Shown: positions 10,790-19,833 of the stretch, one piece after another
Layout of the letters: each line of letters begins with the position of its first letter
Numbering within the stretch: the first letter of the stretch is position 1
Position numbers and translations under genes: made by a program
Notes under the pieces: model-generated
Told to the model about the DNA's origin: nothing
What the model saw: the letters and a program-made list of their open reading frames with translations, nothing else
Database searches by the model: none
Assembly: GCA_011109175.1 (NCBI GenBank)
Contig: RDEW01000004.1
Coordinates: 1,078,030 to 1,142,029 of the forward strand
Direction: 5' to 3'
Length of the DNA: 64,000 bases
Origin: Dicyema japonicum
Lineage: Eukaryota; Animalia; Dicyemida

Positions 10790-13700
10790 AAAATGTTCGT
10801 AATTTGTTTTCTTTTGGTTGCGAACACTGTAGAAATCCAGTTCCTAAGTGCATACTGTTAACTATGTCGCTCAAAGCCGGGAAACATAGATGACTTGAAT
10901 CTTGAGTCGGAATGGAGAGCAGGGAGATTCTAAGTGGAAGAAACTGAATTCTTCCAGTATTTATAACACTCATCATCTCGGCTTACAACACTTAGGTTAA
11001 GACTGTCATTTTAAAATTAACATTTTAGTTACAAAAAATTACAGCTTTAATTGAAGGGTATTCTAATCAAATGAGAATAATAGCAAGAGACACACAACCA
11101 TGGACCATCATACTAAAAAAGTAACTTAAAGGAGAACCTTAAAAGTATCATCTAACAACAGGAAACAATTCAAGTGGAAATTTCTCCAACATTTTTTACA
11201 TTGAGCAGTTTCATAGGTCTCCGTCTTCTAGACGGCAGATACAACATTCTCTGTTAACAAACGTAGAATTGATATGGTTGACAACTCGATCCCACAGTAT
11301 TTGAAAGAATATAAAAATCACAGAAAGTGATGTAAAATTATTTCTACACAGATTTTTCACAAAGTAACTGAATCCTACGGAATTTACATATTAATTCAAC
11401 TCGTTCTAAGCCCATTCCTTTCAATTCCGTTTTTCTCTAAAATAAATAGGCAAACGACCAATGAAATCAGTAAACATAGAATAGTCTACATTCGAGGCAA
11501 CAGCGTGGAGAGTTTCTGCGATAAACGTAACCGAATCTCCACCAGCCAAACTACATAATTATTACAGACTTACTTGAGGGAGTCCATTATATATTTTGAC
11601 ATATAAATAAAGTTTTTTTCGACTCTAAAATGATAAATGTGAATATTACAATGTTGTTGAAATGAAGATGACTGAACAGAATCTCGGAATTCAGGGCATG
11701 CAGACACATCAAGAAATCATTGGTCAGGCGGAATTTCTGCTTAGAAAAAGAGAGAGACTCAGAATTATCTTGGTTTGCGTCTACAGAACTTGGTTCGTTG
11801 AAGGAAGAATAAATTTCATTTTTACGATTTAACAAATTCCTTAGAAGGTTGTTTTCCCTTATCCCACGTGGGTTTAGGGCTTGGAGAAAGGATTCAAACA
11901 TCTCAGGCGTAGAAACCTTCATCCACTTTACATTAGAATGGTCCTCGATTTGACGGAGAATATCCTTTGTGACTTTGTTGGAATTGACATTTTTGGAAGA
12001 ATACAATGTTTTATAGGGGCATTTTAGAGAGTCGAGAGATTTTATTACACATTTAATTCCTCGCCTCTGCGCAAAATGAATCCAAGACTCTCTTTTGGGG
12101 TCAACTCTCAGTTGGGTCACAATATTATTTCGAGTATTGATTGCTCGCTTAAATAAGACAACAGAAATTACATTTTTGTCAGAATTTTCGATGAAAATTC
12201 CACCAACGAAAGATGGGAGAAACCAATAATGGCGGTACATTCGATCACAGCCCATGCAATTCACTTCGGAGTACCAATTCCTCACAGTCCGGGAAATCTT
12301 GGCCAAACCTCTGCGAATTCCATTATTACTGAGAATAACAACACAAATAACGGATTATTCTCAGTTCCGTTCAGAAAATACTCAAAGTTCACAGTGGGAG
12401 AATTATCCTTCGATTTACTGGCAAATTCATTGACAATTCGGTTGAATTCTTTGCTATAAGCGACACTGTTGTAAAGTCCAGTCAACAGAGTCATCTTATC
12501 GTCTTTGTACTTAAAAAAACCAAACCATTGGAAAGGGAGAAAATATCCATGCTTTCCAGAAGGATAAGCAATTCCACGTTTTCGTTGCAAAACTGTAGAG
12601 CATGTCCCTCCGTTGAGTAGAGCTGTCTGGACCTTAAGTAGAAATATTCCATAGCAGTGACCAGCCAGTAGAGCCTCACAATTTCACTGATTGAAAGGGG
12701 GTTTATGGTAACCGGTAATGTATCACGTGCTAAATTAGACAGATTTAATACCAATGAAATAAATTTTCCTGTTTTTCAATTTGGAAAGAACGTCATCTAA
12801 TCTGGGGTTCACAGTCGTACTATTTCCGGGCCACTTTTTTAAATCTGTGAATTAAACCTACAAATACAGTGAGAACTGTCAAATAAAGTCATAAGTCGTT
12901 CATCGGAGACAACTAGTCTCAAGAGTGAATCAATCAGACCAAAGTAGAGGACATCGTTGCCTTTTGTGGAATCTCTCACCTGATCTACCCATGTGACTAC
13001 TAGAAACTACGAATTTGTAAATGAAGTGGTAAATTTGGCAAGTTTACAGACAAATTTTTCAGGCCGTTAAAAAAGTTTGTTAGTTCAACAAGCATGAACA
13101 TCTCATCTACGCCATCCACGTGGTCCATTTTGGGAAAAAGCTGAATATAAAAACATCTGACCTTGAGGTCATCACAGCGAAGATCCTCCCTCAAAGTAAC
13201 CCGATGCTTCAAATATTCCTTCTGCTTCAATTTTATGAATTTCCACATAATTTACAGACAACTACCTTCTGCCTTTTATAATAAAGTTTTCGGTAATAAC
13301 ACGGATTTAATACACAATCTCCGGCTTTTTTAGAGGTTCTTCCCTTTGTGTGGCTTTTTGGAGAGGTAAGCTGGAGTACAAATGCCTATTTAGTCCAAAC
13401 TTCTCAATGGCATGCTTCTAGGAAATCAGAGACAAGTCAAAACTGTGAGTCTGATAGAATTGGCTTTGAATTCACAATAAAATTTGACGAACAGTTTAAC
13501 CCTTGAATGAGTCAACGTGTCAAAGTACCGCCTAATCGTAAAATTCGAGTAAACTTGGGGATCTCATATATCCAGTATTTTGTCTTATCCGTAGCCTCAA
13601 CTTGGTACATGAATTTTCTAGAAATATTTTGATCACCAAACTTTGCTATTGCTGACTGAGGAACCACCCGTCGAACGAATCCGCAGATTCTAGGAGTAAA

Positions 13701-14125
13701 GAACCAAAACACCGATTATCCGATAGGTCAACAAACGAGACACATTCGTCGACGAAAATCTGATTTTTTGCCTCCTTGAAGAGAGAGCTGGCAAGCGTTC
13801 CAAAGTTTTTGCATGAAAGACGAGGAATCAGACTTGCCAGTCCAAAAATGACTGCTTTTCCAAGTTTGTCCACATCTGTAACAGAATTCCTCTCTTGTTG
13901 CAGAATTTCTTGAAAATACAGTTGCTTGTTCTTCTGTTCTTTGGAAAACAATCGATTGGTGAAGGAAAGTAAGATATGATCGATATATCGTCTACTAAAG
14001 AGCAAATATTACTGATAATCCGTGAAAATCTGGTTGGTGGAATGACAGTAAAAGACGCTATCTTCATCCTTAAGGCCATTCAAGTGGGATATTTTTGTAT
14101 CATGACTATTTTCAGTAATCAACAT
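10790..14125 (-). CDS. BAZ1A: BAZ1A/ACF1 chromatin-remodelling subunit (WAC, DDT, WSD/WHIM, PHD), many tiny introns; 3' boundary uncertain
   Basis: DEDSVFYCHSTNQIFTDY and LYFQEILQQE..IFVDECV (WAC); REDLRCDDLK then DEMFMLVELTNFF (DDT); GCDRMYRHYWFLPSFVGGIFIE and FLQALNPRGIRENNL (WSD); CCIC..CKKC..H..C..WLCVSC (PHD). Confidence 0.9.
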
Positions 14126-14573
14126 TATATAACAAAAGCTAAAATAGGCGCTAAAGGATATTTTAAATTAAATTTTCATTTAATTATTATGGTAATTATT
14201 AATTTATATTTAATTAACATTACTTTGAAGATTTCCAATATATACTTTAGAATTCAATTTGTCTGAGTATTTTTTGTCGATTTTAATCATTTTGGGATTT
14301 AGGAATTAATTTAGTTTTCTATCATGATGGATGGAGACATCAGAAACCTTAAGTTCTATTGGTGCACATTCCTCCACAAAATTGAAAGAGCTACTAGGTA
14401 AAATGTCAGAAGGCGCACATATATAGTAATTCTATGCTAATATTCTCATTTTTAAAACTTAGAGAAAGTTAAATTATGTTTTCAATAAGCTGACTTTAAC
14501 GGACAGTTATTCACAATCTTTTAAGAATAGCAGAGAATATGAGTCAAAATAGGCTTATTAACCATGTCAAGTT

Positions 14574-14795
14574 TTATTCACCCCCGGTCCATCCAAGTGA
14601 AAGAAACTGGTGGCTAACAAAAGTGTTACAGCCAATAAGGAACGCTTCCAGAGATTGGTTTATTTTGTTCTGTAGAGAACTAGGAGGTGTACCCAGACAA
14701 GAGAAGAGGTGACCAGTCTTCTGTTCGTCAAGAATCATGATGGGTATAATGGAGAAGACTATTGTCCAATCCTGCACAGATTTAATGAAATTCAA
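14574..14795 (-). CDS. Possible exon of an unidentified host gene
   Basis: 73-aa open frame in non-repetitive sequence; no family recognised. Confidence 0.25.
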   Translation of the reverse strand: MNFIKSVQDWTIVFSIIPIMILDEQKTGHLFSCLGTPPSSLQNKINQSLEAFLIGCNTFVSHQFLSLGWTGGE

Positions 14796-15254
14796 GTCAT
14801 AGCCGCAACGTAAATAATTTTTTAAAACTCAAATATTTAATTAATCTCATAGTGCTTCTAAATGAGGTAAATTTGAGAGAAATTAAAGCGCCTCAATTAA
14901 TTAAATTTTAGATATGGCATTGCCTCATTTGCTGATTTACATTTTTCACTGACAGCTCAGTCTGTCTCCCTAATTTCCGACTCTTCCAAACAAAGAAACT
15001 AAAGAAATACTTGGTCCTTGTAGTTTGTTTCAGACTCGTACCAATTGCCTTAGAAACCTAAGGAACGGCTTAGAGAATGGGTAAAGGAATCAAAATATTC
15101 CACATCATCTTATTTCTGTAAATAATTTCTTTTGAACCCCTCATTTACTCTGAGGACTTATAAAAAGCGCCCAGAAAAACGTGACTTACCATTGAAGTAG
15201 CTGGTCTCCAACTTGTTAGTGAAGTATTGGTATTCCAAAGGTTACATTAAAACC

Positions 15255-15420
15255 AAACTAATTAATCACGTGTCTCCGACACGTTTCAGCAGTGACCTCA
15301 TCTTGGTTAGATGTTCTTTCCTCTACCCCGGGCACGTATGTTCCAGATGGGTATTATCCTTATATATCCAAATGATTTCGTCAACATTGTCGTCACCCAA
15401 GTCTCATTTACCTCATTGAA
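15255..15420 (-). mobile_element. 3' end of an Ingi/Vingi-like LINE
   Basis: EHLTKMRSLLKRVGDT* followed by tgattaattagtttgg; homologous to 2893-2950. Confidence 0.6.
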
Positions 15421-15829
15421 TATGTCTAAGCATTTGAGGTTCTTTACGAGGGGCCACCTGCACGAGTTATAGACACGGAATAGTGGAGTAAGGTCGTTCA
15501 TTGTGGGCTTTGAATCTCAAATCAATGCGATGTCAAACATATGTTTTGTCAGATAAGCACGTAGAACCTCCCATTATTCAGTTAACATTTAGTCGTAAAC
15601 TAGCTTGTTTTCTCGTGTCTTTATGACTCAGCTATGTTAAGATATTCAGATTTTGTCTTAAACATAAAAGACAAGGAATCTCAAAAAACAGACCAATTAT
15701 TGCTGGATTTTTTTATTTTAAACTAAGTCCAATAAGATATTATGTTACATCACCTACGCAAGGGTTACATTTTTGTGGTTTCCTAACCTTGAATCTTCAA
15801 CTAATTTTAACCCGCCTTGAGGCCCTGTT

Positions 15830-15970
15830 CTCTGATGTAAGGAGATTCATGTGAGCACTGCTGCCTATTTGAGCGAATCTCGCTCACTTCCTAGAGGGAA
15901 TATCCACGCGGTCAGGGCGGTCGCTGTATGACCTTTTTGATTATTTTGTTCTGTTTTACTAAAAAATAAA
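15830..15970 (+). mobile_element. Short 3' fragment of a CRE-clade element
   Basis: ctatttgagcgaatctcgctc..ccacgcggtcagggcgg matches the CRE 3' end at 19155-19215. Confidence 0.8.
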
Positions 15971-16060
15971 ACTGTATTTAATGTTCATTGTGGTAGACCT
16001 TCACCGTTATTTACATGGACAAGTAACGTATTCGAAAGACATTGGATATTTTTTCAATTA

Positions 16061-16654
16061 TTACACTCTCAAAATTGCGAGCAAAATTCGCTCAAATAGC
16101 CAGCGGCGTTCACGGAGATCTCCAGTGCATGAGGTGATCCGGTTTCCACGACGTCCGAAAAACTCGAGTGTAGAGGGGGAGTAGGATCCGGAAGTCTCCA
16201 TAGCAAGGGGAACAAATTTGACATCATCGGGAAGGTCGACGTATTTAACGAGTTTGGCCTTCTCCGCCTTTACGGATGCTGAAAAGGCCCTTGTAGCACT
16301 CTCGTGAAGATTTTTCTGGGCGAACGTGTCTGTACATGTCACATCCCAAACCAGTGGTTTTCCGGCCTCAAATGGAAATATGGTCATCCCGTCCGGTCGT
16401 TTCCCGTCACTTCTGCATAACCCGACCGGTTCAAGAATGGCCGAGTATCCAGCAGCATCCATAGCTCGCCTGACAATTTCATTCAGAGACTTGTGCCTTG
16501 GGGATCTGCCAGCGCTTCTCCTGCAAGCGAGAGGGTGCAGGCCATAGCAGTCTATCAGGATGCCACATCGGCACGGGTGAGGTACACATACTTTTAGTCC
16601 CAGCCGCAGAGAGATACCACTTCTAACGCATTCATCATCCAGAAAAGTGCCCAA
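16061..16654 (-). CDS. CRE element C-terminal zinc knuckle + restriction-like endonuclease (same frame, beyond two TAGs)
   Basis: CRCG..HPLAC, RHKSLNE, KRPDG, WDVTC, AEKAK..KY, FERI.LAILR. Confidence 0.9.
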   Translation of the reverse strand: MGTFLDDECVRSGISLRLGLKVCVPHPCRCGILIDCYGLHPLACRRSAGRSPRHKSLNEIVRRAMDAAGYSAILEPVGLCRSDGKRPDGMTIFPFEAGKPLVWDVTCTDTFAQKNLHESATRAFSASVKAEKAKLVKYVDLPDDVKFVPLAMETSGSYSPSTLEFFGRRGNRITSCTGDLRERRWLFERILLAILRV

Positions 16655-19257
16655 AGCTCCATTTGGGATGGCGTTTAGCTAAGCTCCGCTCTCAGGGGAA
16701 GCCCCCGAAAGCAAACAAGCGCGTCGATACTAATTGGCAGATTCCAGTAGGAGTCCAAATGATTTCCAGCATAATAAGTTGTCCAGGTTTCGCTGGCGAT
16801 CTTGGGAAGGAGGCAGGGGGAGGTTGGTGGCATTCCAGGCTTCTCGTGCGTGGATTATCTCTTGGTCAGTTGAGAATTCGGGTGGGGAGTGTAGAATCCT
16901 CCTGACCAAAGGTTCGCAGGCCGTGAGTGATGATAGATGAGCGGGAAGTGAGACGTCCAAAGTTCGACGGATTCCAAGACCCCCGAATCTAACTGGGAGT
17001 GTAGCCTGCATCCATGTATCATCGTCGTATCGGACATTAAATATTTGCTCCGTCGAGCTGAGGAGAGACAAATCGAAATTCTCGAGCAGCTCCAGTTGAG
17101 AATAATATGGAGCTGTCCTTAGTAGATAGGAGATTCTCTGGATGTTGAGACTTCTTTTCAATAGGAATAGTGCTGTGTGCAAGTCCAGCAGCTGTAATCT
17201 TTCCAGCGAATCGCATAGGAGTCGTTTTTTGTCAAGGAGGACATGCTTCATCGCATTACTAGTGATCGGGGATCCAAGAAAAATCAATTCATTTTCAGGG
17301 GTCGAAATCCCACCGGGAAACAAGGAGTAAAATTTTTGAACAATTGAAGAGAAGTCATCGTCAGCAAGACCACAGTTTGTTATTTCACATTTCGTTATAT
17401 TCAACTGAAGACCCACCTCGGACAGCGCGGGGATGAGTACTTCTAAGTCCTGGAAGACCGTTTCCGGGGGACCTCCTAAGACAGCGTCATCGAGGTACCA
17501 GATGTTGAGTGGGCATCTAGAGAGCTTCGTGATCCTCTCAATGCCGAGGGAGAACAGCAGTGGTCCGAGGGGGTCGCCCTGTTGAACACCTGAGGACGAT
17601 GGAACTATGAAATCCCCGTGCAATAGTGATGAAGGTTTTCCGTATGAATAATTGACCAGTTCAAATATGTACGGACATCTTTCCTTGCAGGCCTCCAGAA
17701 TGCAGTCTCTTCTTAAGCTGTTAAAAGCGTTCTTGATGTCCAGTTTTACCATAATGTGCCTTTTAAAGTCTTGAATGCTGCTGTTCCTGAATCTTCTGAC
17801 GGAGTGAACGGCTGCCTCACATCCAAGACGAACTCCGACTCCAACTTGACTGGGAAGTAAGGATTTTGACAAGATTGACGTAGAAAATCTGGAAGCAATC
17901 TTGGCTGCTAGTCTTCTGAAAGTGAATCCGACCGCGATCGGGCGGATTCCACCTCCCTTCTTGTCGACGGCAATCAGACTAGCCGAAAACAAGATATGAC
18001 GTATCAAATCAGGCAAATGTCCAGATAATATCCTGTTCATAAGAGAAGTGAGTGAGTATGAAAGACGACTTGCTTGGTCTCCAATAGTCGGTGAAATAAG
18101 GTCTTTAAGATGGCCGGGCCTTAAGCCATCGAGACCTCCACAGCTACTTGGTGCAAAGTTCCATAACGCCGTGATGACATCCTCAGGCGACGTGGTCAAA
18201 GGGGTCACTTCTGATGGGGGCGAGCAATGGCGTAGGTCATTCGGAGAGGGTGGATGTTTCCCCAATAGAGTCTTGTAAGTATCAATGGTTGGATTGCGTG
18301 GTCCATCTGAGAGTGAGAGGGCCTTCAATGCGGATCGGGTTCCTCCTTCAAGCAACTTCGATCGTACGGTCCTTCTTAGGCGAAGAATCTCCGTTTCCCG
18401 AGTTGAACTCCGAGTCTCAGTTGAACGGATGCAGAAGGACGTGAGGTCCGTAAAGTGAGTTCCATCCATAAATGCGCGGATGTTGTTCTTCATCTCAATC
18501 GAGAGAGACTCTTTCCCATTGCGATCTCTGGAGGAGCCAAGAGCGAAAGGAGCAAAATTAAACAAACGCATCCAGTCGTTTATAGAGTCGGAGCGGAGTG
18601 CATCGTCGATTGCTTTGGTTAAGGCTTCGGCAGCTAGGGGGCGGGCTGCTTTAGGGATCTTCACCGGGATACTCCTCGATGACCGGCGTTCATTGATAAT
18701 TTTGAGCAGCGAATCTGGATCCAAATGGGAAAGGTCTTCCCCGGAGGTACATGCACTCGCGTGACCATTAGGAAACCCCGAACCAATTCCAAGGCACGAG
18801 CGGCAGTGCCATACCCCAAGAGCACGGATAGAGGCCTGAGAGAGCTTCAAACACCCGAGGTGAAAGAAGACTCCACAGGCAGAACAAGAAATTCCAAACT
18901 TTCTCAAATTGCTCATGTTGCAGGCAGAGCAATTAGACGATGACTTTTCGAGTAACATTCCACTGAATCAACAATAGGCGAAAATCAAGAATAGGGGAAT
19001 AATCTCAATAGGCGAAAATAGTCAATAAGAGAAAGTCAAAAATAGGAAAATAATCACAATAGGCGAAAAAAAATCAACAACACAACACACAACGACAACA
19101 CGTTTTGGAAACCGGATCACCTCATGCACTGGAGATCTCCGTGAACGCCGCTGGCTATTTGAGCGAATTTCGCTCGCAATTTTGAGAGGGAGCAGCCACG
19201 CGGTGAGGGCGGCAACTACCTGACTTCTATTGTTTAAAAAAGTTCATTAATAAAAAA
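16068..19257. mobile_element. Near full-length CRE-clade RLE retrotransposon with an inverted body (- strand 16068-19105; + strand 3' tail 19106-19257)
   Basis: 12-bp TSD aattattacact (16056-16067, 19258-19269); 83-bp inverted duplication 16066-16148/19106-19188; A-rich tail on +. Confidence 0.92.
16730..18958 (-). CDS. CRE element ORF: PHD finger + reverse transcriptase (742 aa, ends at a premature TAG)
   Basis: C4HC3 PHD at the N-terminus; GGLDGLRPGHL, GGIRPIAVG, LDIKNAFN, GVQQGDPLGP, WYLDD, LPVRFGGLG. Confidence 0.92.
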   Translation of the reverse strand: MLLEKSSSNCSACNMSNLRKFGISCSACGVFFHLGCLKLSQASIRALGVWHCRSCLGIGSGFPNGHASACTSGEDLSHLDPDSLLKIINERRSSRSIPVKIPKAARPLAAEALTKAIDDALRSDSINDWMRLFNFAPFALGSSRDRNGKESLSIEMKNNIRAFMDGTHFTDLTSFCIRSTETRSSTRETEILRLRRTVRSKLLEGGTRSALKALSLSDGPRNPTIDTYKTLLGKHPPSPNDLRHCSPPSEVTPLTTSPEDVITALWNFAPSSCGGLDGLRPGHLKDLISPTIGDQASRLSYSLTSLMNRILSGHLPDLIRHILFSASLIAVDKKGGGIRPIAVGFTFRRLAAKIASRFSTSILSKSLLPSQVGVGVRLGCEAAVHSVRRFRNSSIQDFKRHIMVKLDIKNAFNSLRRDCILEACKERCPYIFELVNYSYGKPSSLLHGDFIVPSSSGVQQGDPLGPLLFSLGIERITKLSRCPLNIWYLDDAVLGGPPETVFQDLEVLIPALSEVGLQLNITKCEITNCGLADDDFSSIVQKFYSLFPGGISTPENELIFLGSPITSNAMKHVLLDKKRLLCDSLERLQLLDLHTALFLLKRSLNIQRISYLLRTAPYYSQLELLENFDLSLLSSTEQIFNVRYDDDTWMQATLPVRFGGLGIRRTLDVSLPAHLSSLTACEPLVRRILHSPPEFSTDQEIIHAREAWNATNLPLPPSQDRQRNLDNLLCWKSFGLLLESAN

Positions 19258-19462
19258 AATTATTACACTTATATTATTTTTACCCGAAAACAAGTTGTCC
19301 TTCACCAAACTCTGGGATTATTTTAATGTTATCATCAGCTAAAGTAATACATCTAACAAAATGAAACAAATAGAAATACTGATGTATCTCACATTTCAGT
19401 CGGCAGGGCTATAAAGGATCCTTGCCTAGTTATCAATTATATGAGACTTAATAGGAAAAATT

Positions 19463-19717
19463 TTATTTTTTTAAAATGTCAAAGTTAAGGCGCTTTGACG
19501 ACATTGCATGCATACATCGTTTTAGTGGAGGCCATTCAAACAAAATTGGGGGAGTCTCGATAACAGAAGAGGTTCTTGAAATGTGTTTCTGATACTCCAA
19601 ATCTTTTTCGCCATATCGGTGTTTGAAAAGCTCATCAAGTTCCGTTTCCTTTTGGGACATAACCTTCGGAGTCTTCGCATCCAACTTAACAACATTAACT
19701 ATGTCTTCCGATGACAT
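19463..19717 (-). CDS. RAMAC: RNMT-activating miniprotein (RAM/FAM103A1)-like
   Basis: LDELFKHRYGEKDLEYQKHISR..ETPPILFEW parallels the remembered human RAM motif [33 protein letters not shown]. Confidence 0.8.
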   Translation of the reverse strand: MSSEDIVNVVKLDAKTPKVMSQKETELDELFKHRYGEKDLEYQKHISRTSSVIETPPILFEWPPLKRCMHAMSSKRLNFDILKK

Positions 19718-19833
19718 TATAAAGGCCACAAAACTAAAATCAAAACTAATAATTTAAAAATTAAATAAAAATAGAGTAAATTATTTTCCATCAAATTTTA
19801 ATTAATTATTTATGAGAGGTCAAACAAACCTCT

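Noticed and set aside
15262-15310. Penelope-type hammerhead (gatgagg..gaaacg) on the - strand
   Set aside because: The core is incomplete and the segment aligns as LINE C-terminal coding sequence with 2893-2950.
16675-16735. Nuclear TAG reassignment
   Set aside because: The two TAGs correspond to different residues (Trp, Gln), host gene models have no internal TAG, and mucin 1 ends with TAG.
16066-19188. Penelope pseudo-LTR or DIRS inverted termini
   Set aside because: The ORF has a PD-(D/E)xK endonuclease and CRE-type RT, with no GIY-YIG or tyrosine recombinase; a TSD is present.
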